Positions 25,942 to 34,898 of a stretch of 41,821 nt of DNA are shown one piece after another. How positions within the stretch are numbered: position 1 is the stretch's first letter; the number at the start of each line of letters is the position of its first letter. A program made the position numbers and the translations under genes. This DNA comes from Oscillospiraceae bacterium (lineage in GTDB: Bacteria > Bacillota > Clostridia > Oscillospirales > Ruminococcaceae): positions 1-41,821 of the forward strand of contig JAAVIG010000060.1 in assembly GCA_014796735.1 (NCBI GenBank). Direction: 5' to 3'. The notes beneath the pieces are model-generated. The model was not told the origin of the DNA. It saw nothing but the letters and a program-made list of their open reading frames with translations, and searched no databases.

Positions 25942-26667
25942 ATGAATATTTACTTCCATTCTTATACCGAAAAGTACATAAAACGCCGCACAAGAGCCAT
26001 TGTTCTTACGGTAACGCCCCTTGCGCAGTTCTGTATGATGGTGATCTGGGCGCTGATGTTCAACATGAAGCTTGTCACCGATCCCGATTTTTTGCTTTCC
26101 TGCGCTGCGGCAGTAGGCGTGAGCGTTTTGACGGGAATGCTGCTGTGCTGGCTCTACTGCACTGTCTGCGAGCATTACATAAGGACCAACAGACGTTATA
26201 CTTATTTTGAGATACTTCAAAAGGCGGCGGTGTTCAGCAAGTATAAAGGAAGCTACACTCTTTTCGGCAAAAGGACAGTGCTGCGGGAGGTGTGTGTTAT
26301 ACCGCTGAAAAATTACGACAGGGCGTATCTTGACGAAAGAAAAAAGCATTTAATCCTGATCGGAGAAATAAGAATTTATCAGGGAGAAAGCAACAGCTTG
26401 GGCTATCATGTGAAGGACGGATTCCCCGTGTTTGACAAGTGGTGGTACAACGAGGCGGAGAAATCCTATAAAAAGGCGGGAGTTATCCGTCTGCCAATGG
26501 ATTTTGAGCATCCCGGCAGGATCGCCGCGGCTTTGGATACCGCAAAAAGAGAATTTGAAAGGATACCTCCCAAAAAAGAGTATGTTTTCAAGGAGGCGGA
26601 TATAGTACGCAAGCGTCGAGAGCTGAAAAGACTGGCAGACGCCGCGCGGTACTCGGTAAAATGGTAG
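25942..26667 (+). CDS. Hypothetical membrane protein (two N-terminal TM helices, basic soluble domain)
   Basis: 241 aa ORF with GGAAAGG RBS and two hydrophobic segments; no family recognised. Confidence 0.7.
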   Translation: MNIYFHSYTEKYIKRRTRAIVLTVTPLAQFCMMVIWALMFNMKLVTDPDFLLSCAAAVGVSVLTGMLLCWLYCTVCEHYIRTNRRYTYFEILQKAAVFSKYKGSYTLFGKRTVLREVCVIPLKNYDRAYLDERKKHLILIGEIRIYQGESNSLGYHVKDGFPVFDKWWYNEAEKSYKKAGVIRLPMDFEHPGRIAAALDTAKREFERIPPKKEYVFKEADIVRKRRELKRLADAARYSVKW

Positions 26668-26814
26668 ATTTCGCCTTTATATCCTATGTTTTATGCCGCG
26701 TTTTCGACCGGCGGACATGAACTTGTTTTTGCTCAATATGACAGTGAATATATTTGGGGTCTTGGTAAAAATATAAAAAATTCACAAAATATTACAAAAA
26801 ATTTTAAAAAGCGG

Positions 26815-26843
26815 TTGTTTTTTTCTTTTTATTGTTGTATAAT
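26815..26843 (+). promoter_or_regulatory. SigmaA-type promoter of the flgB operon
   Basis: TTGTTT-17 nt-TATAAT about 165 nt upstream of flgB. Confidence 0.6.
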
Positions 26844-27010
26844 TATCTGTACGGTAGTTTTTGTACAAGAAGAAGGCGCGAAAAAATCGCATATGTCGGA
26901 AATTATGCTTATTCGGATACAAAAACACGGATCGAATGTAAAAAAGTAAATTCAAGGATATATTTGTAAGGCATGGACGCAAAACCTTTTATTTTGAAAG
27001 GAGAAGACAA

Positions 27011-27382
27011 ATGGCTCTTTTTGATACAACGGGCTTTCGCATACTTGAGGAGGGCCTGCAGATCATCAATCAGTCTCAAAGGGTGATCGAGCATAACATC
27101 GCAAATCAGGACACCCCCGACTATAAGTGTAAATATCTTTATTTCAGCGGCGTGCTGCGGGACAAGCTGAATGCCTCCGAAGACACGAAGTACAAAAAGG
27201 AGCTTCATTTGTCGAGCTATATTTATACCGACAAAAAAACTTATGATCAGCCCGACGGAAACAACGTTGATTCCGATACCCAGCAGGCTTTGTTCACTAA
27301 AAACGGCTTGCTTCAGGAGGCGCTTATCAATCAGATGAACAGTGAGTTCACTCTGATGCGCACCGCTATGAGCAGAAACTGA
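27011..27382 (+). CDS. flgB: Flagellar basal-body rod protein FlgB
   Basis: HNIANQDTPDYK and PDGNNVD motifs; first gene of the cluster. Confidence 0.93.
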   Translation: MALFDTTGFRILEEGLQIINQSQRVIEHNIANQDTPDYKCKYLYFSGVLRDKLNASEDTKYKKELHLSSYIYTDKKTYDQPDGNNVDSDTQQALFTKNGLLQEALINQMNSEFTLMRTAMSRN

Positions 27383-27483
27383 CCGCATACTGAAAGCAAA
27401 CGCGCGTGATAAAGCGCATTACAGCATATAAAGCGTATTTGCGGGATATTATCTTATTACTTTGAGAAAGGAAGTTAAATATA

Positions 27484-27993
27484 ATGGCGTTTCTCAGCAA
27501 TCTTGACATTGCCGTTTCGGGTCTCAGCGCCCAAAGGCTCAGAATGGACATAATCTCTCAGAATGTCAACAACGCCACTACCACCAGAACTTCGGACGGT
27601 ACGCCTTATGTAAGACAGGTGGTGGTATTTTCGGCGGACGAGAGCTATGACAATCTCAACATAAGAGACTTTGTTCACAGAAAGACGAGTACTCTCGTTT
27701 CGGGCAAAATGCCCTTCAGCAGCGTGCTTGAGATGAGCATGTCGGAGCGCAGTCAACGCACGGGACATGGTGTTGTCGTTACCTCTATCGAAGAGGATCC
27801 CACTCCTCTGACTCCCGTTTACGATCCCTCCCACCCCGACGCGGACGAGGACGGCTACTACTATCTGCCCAACGTGGACGTAGCGGAGGAGCAGTACGAC
27901 TGGATCGAAGCTACCAACTCCTACAAAGCCAATCTCACCATTTTTAACAGCATGAAGAAAATGGCGCAGCAGGCGCTGACGATAGGCGAATAA
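27484..27993 (+). CDS. flgC: Flagellar basal-body rod protein FlgC
   Basis: SGLSAQRLRMDIISQNVNNA, PYVRQ, YDPSHPDADEDGY..PNVD. Confidence 0.96.
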   Translation: MAFLSNLDIAVSGLSAQRLRMDIISQNVNNATTTRTSDGTPYVRQVVVFSADESYDNLNIRDFVHRKTSTLVSGKMPFSSVLEMSMSERSQRTGHGVVVTSIEEDPTPLTPVYDPSHPDADEDGYYYLPNVDVAEEQYDWIEATNSYKANLTIFNSMKKMAQQALTIGE

Positions 27994-28036
27994 TTTGTTT
28001 TTGATCTGATATTACCTATAGAAAGGAAAACCGGTT

Positions 28037-28363
28037 ATGTTTATAGTTCCCATTTCATCTGTCGTTACTCCTCTGGAGTCGGTGTCAAGGGTTTTTGACG
28101 AATATAACGAGACTGCTGCCGCCGAGGAGGAGAGCGCTGCCGCTCCCACGTTTTTCGACGTGTTTTCGGGCATCTTCAATAATGCGGTAGACGCCAATAT
28201 GCAGAAGCAGGAGGATATTATGCAGCTTATGCTTGGCGATACCGACAGCTTAGAGCAGATACAGGCGAATATAACCAAGGCGGAGATCGCCACCGAGCTG
28301 CTTGTCAACGTCAAAAACGCTGTTGTGGATTCCTACAACGAGATAATAAAAATGAGCATTTAA
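28037..28363 (+). CDS. fliE: Hook-basal body protein FliE
   Basis: C-terminal KAEIATELLVNVKNAVVDSYNEIIKMSI; synteny. Confidence 0.92.
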   Translation: MFIVPISSVVTPLESVSRVFDEYNETAAAEEESAAAPTFFDVFSGIFNNAVDANMQKQEDIMQLMLGDTDSLEQIQANITKAEIATELLVNVKNAVVDSYNEIIKMSI

Positions 28364-28409
28364 CAAAAATGCTCGGTCATGACAAAAAGCGATATAAAGA
28401 GGTTATTTG

Positions 28410-30092
28410 ATGGATAAAGTAAAAGAAACTCTTGCTAAGATAGGAAATTTTTTCAAGAGTAAGTTTTCTTCTCTCAGCAAAAAGACTGTTATTATCATTT
28501 CAGCCGCGGTGGCAGTGGTTTTGGTCTCGGCTATCGTGCTGGCTGCCATTATGAGCCAAGTCCACTATGCGGTGCTTTACAAGGGCGCGTCGGCAAGTGA
28601 GCAAACGGAAATAGCTACATACGCGAGGGAAACTCTCGGCGTCACCGACATAAAAATAAACGCCAACGGCGATATACTTGTACCCGAAAACATGGTGGAG
28701 GACTTAAGAGTCAGCATGAGCATTGCGGGCTATCCCAAATCCACCTTTAACTACGACATATGGAACGACGGCATTACAATGTTTTCCACCGACAAGGAGA
28801 TGCGCGTGCTTGAGGTTCAGCAGCTTCAAGAACGCTTAGGAGCCACGCTGAAAACCTTTACCAACGTAGACAGCGCGATAGTGACCCTTAACGTTCCCCA
28901 AACGCAAAACTATGTACTGTCCGAGTCCAAGGAGGAGTCCTCCGCGGGCGTTACTCTCTATCTGAGAGACACCCTTACGCCGGAGCAGATCGACGGTATG
29001 TACAACCTTGTGGCAAATTCCGTCCCCGGACTTAAGAGAATCAATATAACCATTACCGATCAGAGCGGTATCCAGCTTTCTCCCGAAAAGACCACCGACA
29101 GCGCCAAGGAGGAAGAAGAAAGGCTTGAGATATACTATCAGAGGCTCAATTACCGCAACAGACTCAAGGAAGAGTATGAGGAAGCGATAAAGACCGTAAT
29201 GTTAAATACCTTTGACGGCATCAATGTTTCCGTGGGTCTTAATCTTGATTTTGACAAAATGGTGACGGAAGAAATAGTATACAGCGGTGCCAATGTAGAC
29301 GAAAACGGCAATCAGTCGGGCATCGTAAGCGACGAGCATATTAAAAATGCGTCGGGCGGCTTGGGGGCTACGGGCGGTCTTACCGGAACCACGGTGGACG
29401 CGGATATAAGCCCGGACTATCCCACTCTGGAGGTGAGCGAGGACGGAGAATTCTATCAGGAATACGCAAGAGATATAAATTATCTTGTGGGCGAGACCAA
29501 AAGACAGATAGAAAAGGACGGATACAGCATTTCCACTCTTTCCGCCGCGGTGGTGGTAAGGAGCAACAATGACTTTACGGTAGAAGAGGAGACCCGCTGG
29601 CGCAACACTATTGCCAACGCTATCGGCGCGGATTTTGCCAATGTTTCAATAAAAACCACTCCTTTTATAGAAGTGACCAATCCCGTAATAGACGGCGATA
29701 TTATCAACGTAAGCGGCGTAAGCAGCCAGAGCATGGTAATGATAGCCATTATCACAATTCTCGGCATAGTGCTTATCGTACTGCTCATTCTCGCGCTTAA
29801 CGCTCCCGGCTCAAGAAAAAAACGCCGCTCACCCGCTCACCTTGTTTCCGCTCCTATCCCGGCGGCGGACGGCACAGACGGTTACGGCTACTCGGAAGGC
29901 GGCGAAGGAGGAGACCAGAATATGGCTAATCTCGGCAGATTTGACGAAACCGAGTTCGAGCTTACCAGCTTAAGCGAGGAAATGCCCGAAACAAGAGACG
30001 AAGCTCTCAAACGTGAGATACAGGATTTCTCAAAGAACAACCCCGAGATCGTGGCTCAGCTTATAAGAAGCTGGATAAGAGGGGACGAGTAA
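28410..30092 (+). CDS. fliF: MS-ring protein FliF
   Basis: Two TM segments, YAVLY, LVANSVPGLKRINITITDQSG, C-terminal NPEIVAQLIRSWI. Confidence 0.95.
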   Translation: MDKVKETLAKIGNFFKSKFSSLSKKTVIIISAAVAVVLVSAIVLAAIMSQVHYAVLYKGASASEQTEIATYARETLGVTDIKINANGDILVPENMVEDLRVSMSIAGYPKSTFNYDIWNDGITMFSTDKEMRVLEVQQLQERLGATLKTFTNVDSAIVTLNVPQTQNYVLSESKEESSAGVTLYLRDTLTPEQIDGMYNLVANSVPGLKRINITITDQSGIQLSPEKTTDSAKEEEERLEIYYQRLNYRNRLKEEYEEAIKTVMLNTFDGINVSVGLNLDFDKMVTEEIVYSGANVDENGNQSGIVSDEHIKNASGGLGATGGLTGTTVDADISPDYPTLEVSEDGEFYQEYARDINYLVGETKRQIEKDGYSISTLSAAVVVRSNNDFTVEEETRWRNTIANAIGADFANVSIKTTPFIEVTNPVIDGDIINVSGVSSQSMVMIAIITILGIVLIVLLILALNAPGSRKKRRSPAHLVSAPIPAADGTDGYGYSEGGEGGDQNMANLGRFDETEFELTSLSEEMPETRDEALKREIQDFSKNNPEIVAQLIRSWIRGDE

Positions 30093-30134
30093 GACTAATG
30101 ATCGGAATAACTATATAAAAAGGGGGAAACCGGA

Positions 30135-31145
30135 TTGCCAGAAGCTCAGGAAATAACTCCTATTCAAAGAGCCGCTATGGTTCTTTCGGCCATCGGCGCG
30201 GGGAACGCGTCCGAAGTATATAAGCATTTCACCGACGACGAGGTGGAAAGGATAACCGTCGAGGTCGCGAAAATGGACTACTGGCCCGTTGAAGTGGTCG
30301 GCGGAGTGCTTAACGAATTTTACGAGCTGTGCTTAACTCAGAAGGTAATTTCCGAGGGCGGCGTGGAATACGCGAGAGAAATACTTGAAAAAGCGTTCGG
30401 CGAGGAACAGGCAAAGGCACTGTTCGAGCGTATCACAAAGCAGCTTAAGACCAAAGCTTTCGCTTTTGTAAGAAAGGCAGATTATAAAAACCTTTTGGCA
30501 ATGGTTCAGAACGAGCACCCTCAGACTATTGCCTTGATCCTGTCCTACTGCCGAAGCGATCAGGCGTCCGCAATACTGTCGGAGCTGCCTAAAAACATTC
30601 GTATCGAGGTAGTTGAAAGAATAGCAAAAATGGATAACGCAAGCCCCGAGTTTACCAAATCGGTGGAGGAAACTCTCGAGCGTAAATTCGCCATGCTGGT
30701 CACCACAGAGAGCATGGAAATCGGCGGTATCAACTACATCGCTGACGTAATGAACAAGGTGGACCGTTCCACCGAAAAGTTCATTTTCGACGAATTGGCT
30801 CTCCGCGATCCGAAGCTGGCAGAGGAGATCCGTCAGAAGATGTTCGTGTTCGAGGATATTGTGAATCTCGATTCCATGTCCATACAGACATTTATCAACG
30901 AAGTGGACGCAAAGGATCTTGCTGTCGCTATCAAAGGCTCTACCGCCGAGGTTGCCGAGGTTATCTACGCCAATATGTCCACCCGTAAGCGTGAAGCTAC
31001 TCAAACCGACGTTGAATACCTGCACAATGTTCGTATGCGTGACGTTGAGGAAGCGCAGCAGCGTATTGTTGCCATTATCAGACGTCTTGAAGAGGACGGC
31101 GTTGTAACCATTTCCAAGAGCGGACAGGACGAGATCATTGCTTAA
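30135..31145 (+). CDS. fliG: Motor switch protein FliG
   Basis: EGGVEYAREIL, NEHPQTIALILS, MFVFEDI, DVEEAQQRIV; TTG start. Confidence 0.97.
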   Translation: MPEAQEITPIQRAAMVLSAIGAGNASEVYKHFTDDEVERITVEVAKMDYWPVEVVGGVLNEFYELCLTQKVISEGGVEYAREILEKAFGEEQAKALFERITKQLKTKAFAFVRKADYKNLLAMVQNEHPQTIALILSYCRSDQASAILSELPKNIRIEVVERIAKMDNASPEFTKSVEETLERKFAMLVTTESMEIGGINYIADVMNKVDRSTEKFIFDELALRDPKLAEEIRQKMFVFEDIVNLDSMSIQTFINEVDAKDLAVAIKGSTAEVAEVIYANMSTRKREATQTDVEYLHNVRMRDVEEAQQRIVAIIRRLEEDGVVTISKSGQDEIIA

Positions 31146-31308
31146 GGCATGCCGGAGATCGCGGCGCGTTTTTCCGGCGGGGTCATTTGCGCGCCTTTGC
31201 GGCTTGAATACGCTCTTTTAACTGAATTGACTATACTTAAGGCAATATTACGGTTTAAGACGGATACGGTCACGGATACAATTACAGTTACAGCTACAGA
31301 ATCATTTT

Positions 31309-31340
31309 ATTGCCCGAAATACAGCTTTTCGGGCAATTTT
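31309..31340 (+). terminator. Terminator-like hairpin after fliG
   Basis: ATTGCCCGAAA-7 nt-TTTCGGGCAAT followed by TTT. Confidence 0.55.
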
Positions 31341-31346
31341 GATTAA

Positions 31347-31528
31347 GAACATGTTCCGATAGGATCGGCGCACGTCTTTTCGGCGAAATTTTCCGTGCTC
31401 TGTGTCAGAAAAACTTGCGCGACTTTAAAAAGTCTCTTAAATACGATCAAGTATTCCTGCGTTTTTCTTCCTTGATCACGAAAAATTTCGCTCGAAAATC
31501 CGCACACCACTCCTATCGGAACAAGTTC
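31347..31528 (-). other. 182 nt long-stem structured element between fliG and fliH, folding best on the antisense strand
   Basis: Outer 18 bp IR (17/18), inner about 21 bp IR, and five C-A mismatches that become G-U/G-T pairs on the minus strand. Confidence 0.65.
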
Positions 31529-31566
31529 CGAATAAAAATTAAACTAACTACCGAGGAAATAAACCA

Positions 31567-32757
31567 ATGTTTGAAGTTATCAAAGGCAGCAGCCCGTTTA
31601 AAAATATAGTTATCGAGGGCAATGCGATAATAAACAATAAAATAGCGGGACTTGACGACTGCATATCCGAGACGAAGAACGACACGGAATATCAGGAGGA
31701 AAGTGAGCTCTCCGAGAACGAGACAGAGGAAAATGAAGACGTTGAGGAGGAAGAGTCCCCCAAGATAGACTTTCACGAGCTGGAGGAACTAAGGGAGCAA
31801 TACCGCCGAGAGGGTCAGGAGTATTCCGTTGCTTTACATAAAAAGGCGGATCAGGAGCTTGAAGAGGCTAAGGCGGAGGCTGAAAGGCTTGTTGAGGAGG
31901 CCAAGGAAAAGGGCAGGAGACTGCTTGCTCAAATTGACGAAAAAACAGCTCTGGCACTTGACGAGGCTAAGAAAAGGGGCCTTGAGGAGGGCTACGACGA
32001 AGGTTTGAAGAAAGGCGAGGAGGACGGCTACATTCAAGGGCTTAAAAAGTGCAAGGAGACCTTGCTCGACCTCAAAAAGCTTTGCAGTGATATTGAACAG
32101 GAAAAAGCCGAGCTTGTGGCGGAAAACCGCAGAGGTATATTCGATCTTGCAATGGAGATCGCCGAAAAGATAACTGTGACGGTGTTCAGCCAAAAGGACA
32201 AGAAAGCTCTTGAAAAAATGATAACCGCCGCCGCAAAGGAATTCCGCAGCGCGAAGAATATAAGAGTAACGCTTTCCAAGCTGGATCTGAGCGAGGACGT
32301 GGAGGCGGATTTCAAATTACTGGAAAAGTGCTTTTCACCTACAGTAAATGTGGAGTTTGAAGCAATTGACGGCGAATCGGGCACGCTTTTGCTTGAAAGC
32401 GACGGAGATATACTTGACGCGGGCGTTTCAACTCAGCTGAAGATGATAGGCGAATTGGGCAGGGGCAAGTTCAGAGACAAGGAAGAGGACGGCAACGCCG
32501 AGGCAGATGATGCCGAGGAGGTAAAAGAAGCTAAGCCGGCAAGAGCAGCCAAAGCCGCTAAAAGCGCAAAAGCCGCAAAGACTGTAAAGTCGGATAACAA
32601 GACGGCTCAGACGAACGAAGCGCCGTACGTGGAAACGGCTGAGGAAACGGATCATGACGCAGAAACCGCTGAGACTGTCGGGGCGGAAGAGACGATCGCA
32701 GATGCCGGAGCAGTCAATGTGACCGATGCGGTGCAAGAGGGCGAGTCGTTGGAGTAA
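31567..32757 (+). CDS. fliH: Flagellar export protein FliH with long acidic N- and low-complexity C-terminal extensions
   Basis: GxxxG repeats (EAKKRGLEEGYDEGLKKGEEDGYIQG), LAMEIAEKI, GTLLLESDGDILDAGVSTQL; between fliG and fliI. Confidence 0.88.
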   Translation: MFEVIKGSSPFKNIVIEGNAIINNKIAGLDDCISETKNDTEYQEESELSENETEENEDVEEEESPKIDFHELEELREQYRREGQEYSVALHKKADQELEEAKAEAERLVEEAKEKGRRLLAQIDEKTALALDEAKKRGLEEGYDEGLKKGEEDGYIQGLKKCKETLLDLKKLCSDIEQEKAELVAENRRGIFDLAMEIAEKITVTVFSQKDKKALEKMITAAAKEFRSAKNIRVTLSKLDLSEDVEADFKLLEKCFSPTVNVEFEAIDGESGTLLLESDGDILDAGVSTQLKMIGELGRGKFRDKEEDGNAEADDAEEVKEAKPARAAKAAKSAKAAKTVKSDNKTAQTNEAPYVETAEETDHDAETAETVGAEETIADAGAVNVTDAVQEGESLE

Positions 32758-32794
32758 ACACTCGAAAACTGACTATTATTTAAAGGATCATTAC

Positions 32795-34102
32795 ATGGAT
32801 TTAAAGGGATTTATGGGTGCGCTTGACGGTTTTGAGTCAAGGCGCAGCATGGGAAAAATAGAAAAAATAATAGGAATGACGGTGGAGGCGAGCGGTCCGC
32901 AGTGCAATATAGGGGACGTTTGCCGCGTTTACAAAAAGGGCAACACGGAGGACTATATTTTTGCCGAGGCGGTGGGCTTTCAGGCGGATAAGGTGCTTTT
33001 GATGCCCTATACCGATATAGAGGGCATAGGCCCGGGAAGTATTGTTGACAACACGGGCAAGCAGCTTATGGTAAAAACGGGCAACGCTCTGATAGGGCGT
33101 ATCGTTGACGCCATAGGAAATCCGTTGGACAACGGCGGAGAGATATATTACACCGATGAGATGCCGATCTCGGGAATACCTGTCAATCCCCTCGCCAGAC
33201 CGAAGATCGCCGAGCCTATTGAGCTTGGCGTAAAGGCCATAGACGGGCTCTGTACCTTGGGAAAGGGACAGAGAATAGGCGTTTTCGCGGGCTCGGGCGT
33301 AGGCAAAAGCACGCTGATGGGCATGATAGCGAAAAAGGTCAAGGCGGATCTTAACGTTATCGCGTTGGTCGGAGAGCGCGGACGCGAGGTAAGAGAGTTT
33401 ATAGAAAACGACTTGGGGGAGGAGGGCATGAAACGCTCCGTTGTGGTAGTCGCCACAAGCGATCAGCCTGCCATGATGAGAAGCAAGTGCCCCCAGACGG
33501 CTACCGCGATCGCGGAATATTTTATGCAGCAGGGTAAGGACGTATTGCTGATGATGGATAACCTTACCCGCTTTGCCATGGCAAAAAGAGACGTGGGGCT
33601 TTCAATAGGCGAGCCGCCCATAATGCGCGGCTATACAAGCTCGATATATAATGATATGCCCAAGCTGCTTGAAAGAGCGGGCTGCTTCGAGGGAGGAAGC
33701 ATTACGGGGATATACGCGGTACTGGTAGAGGGCGACGACACCAACGAGCCTATATCCGATACCGTTAGAGGTATTATTGACGGACATATAGTGCTTTCAA
33801 GAAAGCTGGCGGCACAGAACCACTATCCCGCTATCGATATACTTCCCAGCATAAGCAGACTTATGAGCATTATATGCGACAAGGAGCATAAGGAAGCGGC
33901 GGCAAGGCTCAGAAATCTGCTTGCCTTGTACAACCAGAACTATGACCTTATTGCGATAGGCGCATATAAAAGCGGCACTAACCCCAAGCTTGACGAGGCG
34001 ATAGACAAGATAGACAAGATAAACGGATTTTTGATGCAGGCAACGGACGAGTCCTTTGATCTGGAGGATACCGTAAGGCTGCTTAAGGAAGCGGTCAATT
34101 AA
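32795..34102 (+). CDS. fliI: Flagellum-specific export ATPase FliI
   Basis: GQRIGVFAGSGVGKSTL, ALVGERGREVREF, DVLLMMDNLTRFA, RGIIDGHIVLSR; start taken at MDLKGF. Confidence 0.96.
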   Translation: MDLKGFMGALDGFESRRSMGKIEKIIGMTVEASGPQCNIGDVCRVYKKGNTEDYIFAEAVGFQADKVLLMPYTDIEGIGPGSIVDNTGKQLMVKTGNALIGRIVDAIGNPLDNGGEIYYTDEMPISGIPVNPLARPKIAEPIELGVKAIDGLCTLGKGQRIGVFAGSGVGKSTLMGMIAKKVKADLNVIALVGERGREVREFIENDLGEEGMKRSVVVVATSDQPAMMRSKCPQTATAIAEYFMQQGKDVLLMMDNLTRFAMAKRDVGLSIGEPPIMRGYTSSIYNDMPKLLERAGCFEGGSITGIYAVLVEGDDTNEPISDTVRGIIDGHIVLSRKLAAQNHYPAIDILPSISRLMSIICDKEHKEAAARLRNLLALYNQNYDLIAIGAYKSGTNPKLDEAIDKIDKINGFLMQATDESFDLEDTVRLLKEAVN

Positions 34103-34142
34103 ATTGACAATTTAAAATTTGCTTCCGGAGGGAGCTCTAACG

Positions 34143-34592
34143 ATGAAAAAATTTCAATTCACCCTCGACAGGATAAAGCAGTACCGAATGCAGCTTGAGG
34201 AAATGGAAAAAAACGATCTTGCCGCGCTCAGGGCGGAGCTGTCGGTGCTTCGGGAGGAGGAAGACGCAATAAAAAAATCTATTGCGGATAAGACCGAGGA
34301 GCTTAGAAGAATTTACCGCCGAGGAGCTTATCCCAACGAGATCTCGGTGGCCAACAGATACCTTACTTTAAGAAAACAGGACCTTGAAATGAAGAGACAG
34401 GAGATCACGGAGAAAAACAGGCAGATAGAGAAAAAGCTGGAGGACGTGCTTGAGGCTACCAAAGAGGTCAAAAAGCTTGAAAAGCTGGAGGAGCACCAGC
34501 TGGAGGAATACAGAGAACAAGAGACTAAGGAAAACGAGAACTTTATAGAGGAGTTTTTTGGCGGCGCAAGGCAAAGCGCGGCGGAAAAGTAA
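34143..34592 (+). CDS. fliJ: Flagellar export protein FliJ
   Basis: MKKFQFTLDRI N-terminus, coiled coil, KKLEKLEE; follows fliI. Confidence 0.92.
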   Translation: MKKFQFTLDRIKQYRMQLEEMEKNDLAALRAELSVLREEEDAIKKSIADKTEELRRIYRRGAYPNEISVANRYLTLRKQDLEMKRQEITEKNRQIEKKLEDVLEATKEVKKLEKLEEHQLEEYREQETKENENFIEEFFGGARQSAAEK

Positions 34593-34701
34593 AAAAGGCG
34601 GTAAGAGCGGAGCGTTACGGAAAATCAGCGTTTTGCACAACCCGCGATAGTGGCCTGCCATTTTTTTTGGTGAAAGAATATACTTTTTTGTCTGAAATTT
34701 G

Positions 34702-34730
34702 TTGACTTTTTATATAAAAAAGTGTATAAT
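34702..34730 (+). promoter_or_regulatory. Internal sigmaA promoter upstream of fliK with a palindrome in the spacer
   Basis: TTGACT-17 nt-TATAAT; ACTTTTT-ATATA-AAAAAGT palindrome overlaps -35 and spacer. Confidence 0.75.
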
Positions 34731-34898
34731 TATTATCGTGAACACTTGCGGCTAAATTCAGAGCATGTTGTTCATAGGATATTGCTTGCGTCTTTTCGGC
34801 AAATTTGCACACAAATCCAATGAACACAAGCTCTTACCAAGGTTGAACAGGGCTTTGCCCTTTTCAATAAATAAATTATTCGGAAAGGAGGTACAAAT

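Noticed and set aside
26850-27000. c-di-GMP-I riboswitch or C. difficile-type invertible switch in the flgB leader
   Set aside because: GGACGCAAAAC resembles part of the riboswitch, but the upstream GCAAA and GNRA-capped P2 stem are missing; only a 9 bp inverted repeat (GTTTTTGTA/TACAAAAAC) is present, too weak for a switch.
31149-31609. Small ORFs 31149-31346 and 31415-31609 in the fliG-fliH gap
   Set aside because: No clear RBS; they run through hexamer repeats and hairpins, so are better explained as non-coding structure.
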